Assembly (NCBI GenBank): GCA_024641825.1
Contig: JAHECI010000002.1
Span: forward strand, 12,917-53,060
Length of the DNA stretch: 40,144 nt
Direction of reading: 5' to 3'
From: Desulfobacterales bacterium
GTDB lineage: Bacteria; Desulfobacterota; Desulfobacteria; Desulfobacterales; UBA11574
The position numbers and the translations under genes are program-made. The notes under the pieces are model-generated. The model saw only the letters and a list, made by a program, of their open reading frames with translations. It was not told where the DNA came from and did not search any database. Below, piece after piece: positions 9,526 through 16,841 of the stretch (positions within the stretch are counted from its first letter, which is position 1; every line of letters begins with the position of its first letter).

Positions 9526-9694
9526 CTCATCCTCCAAATACATTGAACGGTCTGAACGTTGACCTGGCAGAGTAAGTAGCGATTCAAAAGGTTAGACTCC
9601 ACTTCCTTAACAGTTTGAGGCATTGGGGAATCGAAATTTATTATGGTTTACTTTTTGAATTTATTTAATGATGGCAATTCCAATTTTCGAACCG

Positions 9695-9723
9695 CTTATA
9701 GCGTATCCTTTTTGTGCTGTCAA
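9695..9723 (-). promoter_or_regulatory. sigma70-like promoter candidate for the A-T-TE gene (TTGACA-17 nt-TATAAG)
   Basis: On the minus strand, TTGACA at 9723-9718, a 17-nt spacer, then TATAAG at 9700-9695. It lies in the 192-nt gap after the HAD gene. Confidence 0.45.
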
Positions 9724-9735
9724 GGAGTTGCGTCA

Positions 9736-10557
9736 TCAGACCACTGGTATATGATCGAGAATTTGAATCAGGTCGGTGATAACAATATCGGCAGAAAGGT
9801 CTTTGCATCGGGGATCGTTTTCTCTGAGTCTCAGGGAACGGGCATCGCCGGCAAAAAGCGCCGTTCTAAATCCTGCCTTGTTTGCAGGGTAAATGTCGTT
9901 TAACATGTCATTCCCGACATAAAGGATTGAATGGGGGGATACACCCATTTTTTCAAGTTCTTCGGCCGCCGCATCAAACATGAAAATCGAGGGTTTCGCA
10001 TACCCGAATTTGTAGGAATAAAAGATGAGATCCGGATGAAATCCAGCATCTTCCGGGCTTGAATCTAAAAACCACTTAAACAGATACGGGGTGTAAAATT
10101 GCGCATTTGAGATAATCCCCAACAGAACATTCGCCGCTTTACAGGTTGAAAGCGTTTTCTCGAGGTTCGGCATGGGGTATACAGGATTAACGATCCATTC
10201 AAATTCCACGGCAAATGCCCGGACCGTGTCAAGATCGTCTATTTCAAGAACCCGCATCCATATCCGATCGATTTCAACTTCAGGAAAGTCCACCCCTTTT
10301 TCGTTGAGGGTTTGATGGGTGGTCTCTATGGTTGCGAAAAAACGGTTAAGAACCTCCGGAGGTGTCTGTGGAATTCCAAAGCTGTTCAACAGGTTTTCGA
10401 GGTTCTCGGAGGTATATGATTCTCCCTTTGCCGTACCGATATCTCCGGAACCGCTGATAAACAGGGTGCCGTAAATGTCAAAAAGGATGCCTTGGATTTT
10501 ATCTTCCAGTTTGCCGGACCGTTGGAAAGAAGTGGGTCGGGGAAGAAGCGGTTTCAT
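9736..10557 (-). CDS. HAD-superfamily protein with a DxYGT (not DxDxT) motif I
   Basis: Motif I LFDIYGTLF, motif II ISNAQ, motif III YAKP, motif IV VGNDMLNDI. The start is uncertain: ATG at 10557 or 10587, or TTG at 10626. None has a clear SD. Confidence 0.8.
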   Translation of the reverse strand: MKPLLPRPTSFQRSGKLEDKIQGILFDIYGTLFISGSGDIGTAKGESYTSENLENLLNSFGIPQTPPEVLNRFFATIETTHQTLNEKGVDFPEVEIDRIWMRVLEIDDLDTVRAFAVEFEWIVNPVYPMPNLEKTLSTCKAANVLLGIISNAQFYTPYLFKWFLDSSPEDAGFHPDLIFYSYKFGYAKPSIFMFDAAAEELEKMGVSPHSILYVGNDMLNDIYPANKAGFRTALFAGDARSLRLRENDPRCKDLSADIVITDLIQILDHIPVV

Positions 10558-10573
10558 GTATTTTGAAAGCAGA

Positions 10574-11989
10574 TTATTTTTCAGCATAAAAAGACCATTT
10601 GAGAAGGCTGAAATTATCCAGGTCAAAAAATTCTGAAAGGAGAATCTTTTTATCTATTTTCTGGTGCACCGTGTCTCTAATCACCCGGGTGTAGACGTCC
10701 AGGAGGTTTTTCCGGTAATTTTTTCGATTGTAATGGCGCACTATTGCCTTCGAGTTGTTTTGTATCAACGGATCCTTGTTCGGCACATCTCCCGGATTTG
10801 AAAGATACGGGTTGAGCTGTATCAGGGTATCTCGATTCCCACGGTCCGACAAGGCTTTTGATATAATGGTTTTTTGAAAGGGTTCATCGAGGAGTCCAAA
10901 ATCGATGATATCCTTGCGGGTTGTTTTTTCAAAAGCATTTTTTAGGGTGGTGTCATCGATGGCCAAATCGAACAGGGCCCCGGCCTTCCGGACCCATGAC
11001 GTCCACGTTTCAAACAAACGGTCTTTGCCGATCCATTCCACAGGGACATTCAGCCGGGAATAAAGATGATCCAGCCGAATGCCATTTTTTTCAAAATCCT
11101 GGCATATCTGGGGGAGTCTTCTGCCCCAGAGAAGTTTTTCTGCGGTCCAGGGTTCAAGAAATGAAAAACCGAACCCTTCGGTGATGCTGGTGGTAATCAA
11201 AAATTTGGCGGCCAAAACAAGATCTGAAAATTTATGGGTTAAACCGGCTTCGAACAGGACATCCAGTTGGTTTTCTTCAACAAATGCTTTCCATCGTTCA
11301 TAGCTCTTGATGTCCACCGGGCTGTTGGGTGGAAGGGTAATGACCAGGGTTTCGCGGTGTGTGAAAAACAGGGATAAAAGGATCGCTTCTCCGATATTTT
11401 TTCTCCGAATGGCCCGGACCGGATACAAAACGTAATTTTTTGGGAGTGCACCGGTTGCCTTGAAATTTAGGGGTGTTATGGTGTTGAAAATCTTGTGCAG
11501 CCCTTCTTTTTTCAAACCTGCTTTAAGGAATATGTTATAATCCCGTGAGTTTATTACGCCGTAGTGACAGTCCGAAACATATTCGTCGTCGGAAAAATAG
11601 GCTAAAGGTCTTCCGTCTTCGGCTAAATCGTGAATTTGCAAAAAGAGCCTGATTTTTTTCTTTTGAAGTGCTTTGAGAATTTTTAGAAAATTTCTGTTCT
11701 TTGCCAGTGTGGGGTTGTGAACGTGAATTAGATCGCACCCGCCGTCCCATTTTAAACGAATGGCCTTAAGGACGGCGGCGGCCACCTTTTGGGGTTCAAA
11801 TTTGTTCGGGCCGGATGTGTCGTAACCGAGCCCGGGAATATGGACGGTTTCCCAGGGAAAGGAGGTATCCGGAGGGACACCCGTCAGTATAAGAAGATCG
11901 GATGTGTGAAACATGGATTCGACCTGCTGCCTTAATACTGCGGTGACACCGCCGGTTTTGAGATGATAATGGATAAATACGATCTTCAT
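10574..11989 (-). CDS. GT-B fold glycosyltransferase (GT4-like)
   Basis: 471 aa. N-terminal MKIVFIHYHLKTGGVT, and the EX7E-type motif TEGFGFSFLEPW typical of retaining GT4 enzymes. Confidence 0.8.
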   Translation of the reverse strand: MKIVFIHYHLKTGGVTAVLRQQVESMFHTSDLLILTGVPPDTSFPWETVHIPGLGYDTSGPNKFEPQKVAAAVLKAIRLKWDGGCDLIHVHNPTLAKNRNFLKILKALQKKKIRLFLQIHDLAEDGRPLAYFSDDEYVSDCHYGVINSRDYNIFLKAGLKKEGLHKIFNTITPLNFKATGALPKNYVLYPVRAIRRKNIGEAILLSLFFTHRETLVITLPPNSPVDIKSYERWKAFVEENQLDVLFEAGLTHKFSDLVLAAKFLITTSITEGFGFSFLEPWTAEKLLWGRRLPQICQDFEKNGIRLDHLYSRLNVPVEWIGKDRLFETWTSWVRKAGALFDLAIDDTTLKNAFEKTTRKDIIDFGLLDEPFQKTIISKALSDRGNRDTLIQLNPYLSNPGDVPNKDPLIQNNSKAIVRHYNRKNYRKNLLDVYTRVIRDTVHQKIDKKILLSEFFDLDNFSLLKWSFYAEK

Positions 11990-12000
11990 ATCCGGTCTTT

Positions 12001-12246
12001 CTATTCCCGAAAAAGTGCCGCCAGTTCCTCGATCTCCTTTTTGAAATATAACAAATCTTCTCGGCGGAGCCTTTTTTTGGTTATGGCCAGGAGCAATTCG
12101 TCGAGGGCTTTGGCCAACTCAGGCGCTTGAGATTGCTGATAATCGTCACAACTCTTCAAATATCGGCATTTATGGCAGACCTCAATGGCTTTTCGGTGTT
12201 TACGCTTACTTCTGGTACACAGAATATATTGCGTTTGAACCTTTAT
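12001..12246 (-). CDS. Candidate small Cys4 protein (about 81 aa) with no canonical start codon
   Basis: The open frame at 12001-12255 ends 12 nt before the GT start. AGGAGG at 12257-12252 lies 5 nt upstream of an ATA codon (12246-12244). There is no in-frame ATG or GTG; the only in-frame TTG is far downstream, leaving a product under 60 aa. Translation from ATA: (M)KVQTQYILCTRSKRKHRKAIEVCHKCRYLKSCDDY..., followed by a helical charged tail. Confidence 0.25.
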   Translation of the reverse strand: MKVQTQYILCTRSKRKHRKAIEVCHKCRYLKSCDDYQQSQAPELAKALDELLLAITKKRLRREDLLYFKKEIEELAALFRE

Positions 12247-12597
12247 TTTTGCCTCCTATTGGCAATCCATGGGTGTGCGTGAAAAAAATGAGCGACAATC
12301 GAGCGTTCCGGTTGTGCAGGTTTAGGATGGACTATCCCCCTTTCAAGGGCGCGGGGTCTGTATCTGGAGTCGGGTGACGCAAGCGCCCTGTAACACGGCC
12401 ATACGGTGTTACCCTTCGAAACGCTCAACCCTAATGTGGTAACTATAGGTCTATACAGGTATAAGACAAGTCGATTGGGGTGTCAAAAAAATATTGATAT
12501 ATTCAAAACAATAAGACAGGATGTTGGAATCCTTTGGCGATTTCATTTAGAATTCCGCCCCCACACCGCCGTGAAAGGAAAAAAGGAGAAAGATGTC

Positions 12598-13449
12598 ATG
12601 ATGGATCCAAAAGGTCTTCCGATGATTCCATCTGATCGTGGGGATGATCTGCATAACCTGGAGGTCGCGGATTCCGCAGATCTTGTCCTTTTTATGGCCG
12701 GGAATCAGTTCATGGCCATGGAAGAGATTGTTTTCGCCTTTCAAAAAGAATATCCGGATATTCACAAAATATATTACGAAACCCTTCCACCCGGCCTTGA
12801 GCTCAAACAGATTCTATCCGGTGGAGCGATCTTCAGGGATAAAATCATCAGCGTCTATCCGGACATCTATTCATCGGTGAATCTAAACGCAATGAAAACC
12901 CTCGAGATGGCCGGTCATATTCGAGGGGATGATTACCTTCTTTACCTGCACAACCGCCTGACCCTGATGGTTCCGGAAGGTAATCCTGCTGGAATAAAGT
13001 CCATTATCGACATGGGTGGGGAAGGGGTCCGAATATCTCAACCGGATCCCGCAAATGAAGATATTGCGTTCCATATTGTTGATATGTACCGCCAGGCAGG
13101 GGGCGATGAACTTGTTCATCTCATAATGGAAAAAAAGCGCGCCGAAGGAACGACCATTTTCACCAGGGTTCATCACAGAGAAACCCCCTTGCGGATATTA
13201 AAAAAGACGGTGGATGTGGGGCCGGTGTGGGCTTCGGAAGTGATCCACGCAAAATCTTCGGGTCTCCCATTCGAGGTGATTGAACCGGGTGAAGATCTGG
13301 ATCAAAGAGACTGGATAAATTATTATATATGCAAATTAAAAGATGCTCAAAACCCTGGAAATGCGAAAAAGTTCATGGAGTTTATAAGATCCCCAGGGCC
13401 TCAGAAAATTTACAAAAAATATGGTTTCCTGCCGCGTTCGGACCGATAA
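12598..13449 (+). CDS. Periplasmic-binding-protein-fold protein (ModA/molybdate-tungstate-binding-like) lacking a signal peptide
   Basis: AAGGAG at 12583-12588 lies ahead of the ATG at 12598. The ModA-like pattern LVLFMAGNQF...SGGA...DIYSS...GPVWASEV is present. The N-terminus (MMDPKGLPMIPSDRGDD) is hydrophilic. Confidence 0.65.
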   Translation: MMDPKGLPMIPSDRGDDLHNLEVADSADLVLFMAGNQFMAMEEIVFAFQKEYPDIHKIYYETLPPGLELKQILSGGAIFRDKIISVYPDIYSSVNLNAMKTLEMAGHIRGDDYLLYLHNRLTLMVPEGNPAGIKSIIDMGGEGVRISQPDPANEDIAFHIVDMYRQAGGDELVHLIMEKKRAEGTTIFTRVHHRETPLRILKKTVDVGPVWASEVIHAKSSGLPFEVIEPGEDLDQRDWINYYICKLKDAQNPGNAKKFMEFIRSPGPQKIYKKYGFLPRSDR

Positions 13450-13460
13450 CCCTTGAGGGG

Positions 13461-14165
13461 TTACGCCCCTGTTTTTTTAAGGATCATGGTTGCGGGGTCC
13501 AGACACAATACCGGTTGCTCGGAATCGGCGCCGGGGCCCTTTAAGGTTTTAACATGGATTTCTTTGCCCTCGGGCTGAAGCTGAATGACAAGGTCAAAAA
13601 GGTCGACAACCTCCAAGAGCGGCGCCGGCATTCCGTTGGCACTGGGCGTTTCATGCCGGTGAGTCTTTATGGTCAACCAGACAGGTAATGAACGTTTTTC
13701 AGCCAGACGCTTTAAATCGGAAAGGGATGTTCTTGGGGTATCGTCAATTTGAACCCCGTCGATAAAAATCATTTGGGGCGAAAAAATATTCTGTTCCTCG
13801 AGATCGGTCAGCCTTTCTTCAAGTTTGGAAGTGGAAAACCCTTCAACCCTGAATGTCATGATAAATCTGTGGGGCAGTATGGATTCCCAAACCTGATTTG
13901 TTTTCCGGTCTTCATACTGGTTTGTGAGATGACGGAAGACTTCCTTGTACCACAAACCGACTTTTTTGACCGGATCGTTTAGACTGATATGGAGAACATT
14001 CTTTCCTTTTAAAAGGGTGTTCAAAGCGAGTTGGACCAGGAGTGCGGTTTTGCCGACGCCCGCTCGTGCAAACACGACCCCTAAGCCTCCTTCAGGAAGG
14101 ATATCCTCGTTTTCACGTTCCATCAACCTCAGGGGGTTCTGGAGGCGGAGTTCTTTTTTAAGCAT
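13461..14165 (-). CDS. Single-domain RecA/KaiC-superfamily P-loop ATPase
   Basis: Walker A ARAGVGKT and a Walker B-like QMIFIDG. 234 aa. Starts 20 nt downstream of the EF-G paralog stop, with AAAGGA upstream. Confidence 0.65.
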   Translation of the reverse strand: MLKKELRLQNPLRLMERENEDILPEGGLGVVFARAGVGKTALLVQLALNTLLKGKNVLHISLNDPVKKVGLWYKEVFRHLTNQYEDRKTNQVWESILPHRFIMTFRVEGFSTSKLEERLTDLEEQNIFSPQMIFIDGVQIDDTPRTSLSDLKRLAEKRSLPVWLTIKTHRHETPSANGMPAPLLEVVDLFDLVIQLQPEGKEIHVKTLKGPGADSEQPVLCLDPATMILKKTGA

Positions 14166-14185
14166 AATCGTTTTCCTTTCTTAAT

Positions 14186-16282
14186 TTAGGCAGTGTTCTT
14201 TTTGGCTTCTGCTGCCTTTTTGGCCAATTCCTCGGCAATGGAATGGGGGACCTGTTTGTAGGTGCCGGGTTCCATGGTAAACTGAGCTTTTCCTTGGGTC
14301 GATGATCTTAAAATCGTTGAAAATCCGAACATTTCTGCAAGTGGAACCCTGGCTTCAACCACACACATGGGGCCTTCTTCCTGGGAGCCCACAATGATTC
14401 CTCGACGCTGGTTTAAAAGCCCCATGACAGCGCCTTGAAACTCGGCCGGTGTTTCGACATCGACTTTCATGATCGGTTCAAGAATAACCGGCTTTGATTT
14501 AAGATACCCTTCACGAAAAGCGCCCCGGGCTGCTGCGATGAATGCCATCTCCGATGAGTCCACCGAATGTGATGCGCCGTCATTGATGACCACCTTAACG
14601 CCGGTAACGGGAAATTCCATTTTTGGCCCTTTGGGCATGCATTGTCTGAAGCCTTTTTCACATGAAGCAATGAACTGGGTGGGAATCTTACCGCCGACAA
14701 CGTTATTTTCAAAGACGAAATGCTCTCCGGAAACAGGTTCCATATAGCCTGCAACCCGTCCGTATTGTCCGGATCCACCGGTTTGTTTTTTGTGGGTATA
14801 GTCGAATACAGCCTTTTGGGTGATGGTTTCCCTGTAGGCCACCCGAGGTTTACCGGTTGTAACCTCCGCGGTGTATTCACGGCGCATCCGCTCTACATAG
14901 ACTTCCAGATGCAGCTCTCCCATCCCTTCGATAATCGTTTCATTGGTCTCATCGTCCACATAGGTCCTGAAGGTGGGGTCCTCTTTGCTGAACCGGTTAA
15001 GGGCTTTGGACATATTCATTTGAGATTTATTGTCTTTGGGTACGATGGCCAGGGAAATCACCGGGTCCGGCACAAACATGGACGTCATGGTCAGATTGAG
15101 ACCGGGACCCACAAAGGTATCTCCGGAAGCACAGTCGACGCCAAAAAGCGCCCCGATGAACCCCGGTGAAATGGTTTCGATGTCTTCCATTTGATCCGCG
15201 TGCATCCGGACGACCCTTCCCACCTTGATTTTCTTTCCGTTGCGGATGTTGACGATGGTATCTCCCTTGGAAAGGGATCCCTGATATACCCTGATGTAGG
15301 TCAACTGTCCATATTGACCGTCCTCAAGTTTAAAGGCTAGGGCGACAACCGGCTTATTCGATTCACAGGACAAAGGCACCGGCGCCTCGTTATCATCCAG
15401 GTTCAGCGCTGTGTTTTCCACTTCAGAAGGGCAGGGAAGAAAATTGACAACAGCATCGAGGAGCAGTTGAACCCCTTTGTTTTTGTAGGCCGATCCAATG
15501 AATACCGGGGTTATTTCCCGAGACAGAGTTCCCTTTCGAACGGCCGTGAGTATCATATCTGTTGTCACTTTTTTTTCTTCAAGAACCGCTTCGGTCAGTG
15601 CATCGGAGAACAGGGAGGCCGAATCGATCAGTTCTTCCCGCCGTTCCAGAGCTTCCGAAAGGAGATGCTGGGGTATCTCTTCGACCCGAACAACCTCTCC
15701 GTTGGTGCCGTCAAAGTAAACCGCTTTCATGGTCACAAGATCAACAACCCCCTCCAGATCGGCTTCGAGTCCTATGGGAATCTGCATGGCAATTGCATTG
15801 TGCCCCAGTTTTTCTTTTAGCTGTCTAATGACACGAAAAGGGTTGGCGCCGCTTCGATCGCATTTGTTGATAAAAGCCATACACGGTACTTTGTACCGTT
15901 TCATTTGCTGATCAACAGTGATCGACTGGGACTGTACTCCCCCCACAGCGCATAAAACAAGGATGGCGCCGTCGAGCACCCTCAGGGACCGTTCCACTTC
16001 TATGGTGAAATCGACATGTCCGGGGGTGTCGATAATATTAATTTCATGGTTCAGCCATTCACAATAGGTGGCGGCCGAAGCAATGGTTATACCCCGTTCC
16101 TTCTCGAGTTCCATAGAATCCATGGTCGCCCCCACACCGTCTTTTCCCTTGACGTCGTGGATGGCATGTATCCGTTTCGTGAAAAAAAGGATTCTTTCAG
16201 TAAGCGTGGTTTTCCCTGAATCAATGTGTGCACTGATTCCGATGTTTCTGACTTTTTGGGTAGAATTTTTCATGATATTCAT
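14186..16282 (-). CDS. fusA: Elongation factor G paralog (stand-alone; not in an rpsL-rpsG-fusA-tuf context)
   Basis: 698 aa. G1 [10 protein letters not shown]3 DTPGHVDF, G4 NKCD. EF-G domains II to V are recognisable (YIRVYQGSL..., ...GELHLEV..., C-terminal FEPIMKV-like region). Confidence 0.92.
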   Translation of the reverse strand: MNIMKNSTQKVRNIGISAHIDSGKTTLTERILFFTKRIHAIHDVKGKDGVGATMDSMELEKERGITIASAATYCEWLNHEINIIDTPGHVDFTIEVERSLRVLDGAILVLCAVGGVQSQSITVDQQMKRYKVPCMAFINKCDRSGANPFRVIRQLKEKLGHNAIAMQIPIGLEADLEGVVDLVTMKAVYFDGTNGEVVRVEEIPQHLLSEALERREELIDSASLFSDALTEAVLEEKKVTTDMILTAVRKGTLSREITPVFIGSAYKNKGVQLLLDAVVNFLPCPSEVENTALNLDDNEAPVPLSCESNKPVVALAFKLEDGQYGQLTYIRVYQGSLSKGDTIVNIRNGKKIKVGRVVRMHADQMEDIETISPGFIGALFGVDCASGDTFVGPGLNLTMTSMFVPDPVISLAIVPKDNKSQMNMSKALNRFSKEDPTFRTYVDDETNETIIEGMGELHLEVYVERMRREYTAEVTTGKPRVAYRETITQKAVFDYTHKKQTGGSGQYGRVAGYMEPVSGEHFVFENNVVGGKIPTQFIASCEKGFRQCMPKGPKMEFPVTGVKVVINDGASHSVDSSEMAFIAAARGAFREGYLKSKPVILEPIMKVDVETPAEFQGAVMGLLNQRRGIIVGSQEEGPMCVVEARVPLAEMFGFSTILRSSTQGKAQFTMEPGTYKQVPHSIAEELAKKAAEAKKNTA

Positions 16283-16364
16283 ACATCTTTGTTTTTACCC
16301 TAATCGGGTGTAATAAAAAAAACGAAAAAACTATAACATTTCGAATTTAATAGTGTTTATTGAA

Positions 16365-16403
16365 TAAAAAACCCCTCATTGGCATCTCGGCACCATATGA
16401 GGG
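16365..16403 (-). terminator. Intrinsic terminator inside the 5' leader of the EF-G paralog
   Basis: On the minus strand, CCCTCAT(A)TGG - 10-nt loop - CCAATGAGGG, followed by GTTTTTTATT. It lies about 85 nt upstream of the EF-G start. Confidence 0.6.
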
Positions 16404-16624
16404 ATCGTTGGTTGATACGTTGCTGAAGATCCCTGCTTAATGCGGGGAATCTTCGTCTGTAAGAAATTCTGCCAAGTACGTGTGCTTTCTCCGACCCTCA
16501 GTCCCGTTTAAAGGGGCACCACACCCGGTTAAACAGAAAACACGGACATATTTCACGGGATTGTTTCTGCTCCAGGAAGATCAAGGGCATGCGCTCGGTG
16601 TCGAATTTCAAGTATACCCGGTGA

Positions 16625-16653
16625 AAAATAATTGCAAAAAATGCGTTTGTCAA
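16625..16653 (-). promoter_or_regulatory. sigma70-like promoter candidate (TTGACA-17 nt-TATTTT)
   Basis: On the minus strand, TTGACA at 16653-16648, a 17-nt spacer, then TATTTT at 16630-16625. This predicts a leader of about 335 nt before the EF-G paralog. Confidence 0.5.
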
Positions 16654-16841
16654 GGAGTTGAATAAAATAATTATCTTTTGGGTCCCCGTCGGCTTGGGAA
16701 TCTACGGCGGAAATTCCGTCTCTATGGGGCGGCGGGGCGCTTTATTATCCGGAATTTTTAAAATCTTAATCCGGTCCTGGTTTCTAAGTTTAAATTTAAG
16801 GGATATTTCATATTTTTTCAACAAGTTTTACAGAAAAGTCA

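Noticed and set aside
12258-12597. A Moco/Tuco riboswitch upstream of the ModA-like gene.
   Set aside because: I could not find the conserved junction sequences that I associate with the motif. A plausible promoter (TTGGGG-17-TATATT at about 12474-12502) would also place most of the structured region outside the transcript. I left it only as a suggested cmscan check.
13461-14165. The KaiC-like ATPase as a circadian clock component.
   Set aside because: It has a single RecA-like domain of only 234 aa, and no kaiA or kaiB genes are present. Similarity is limited to the generic RecA/KaiC P-loop fold.
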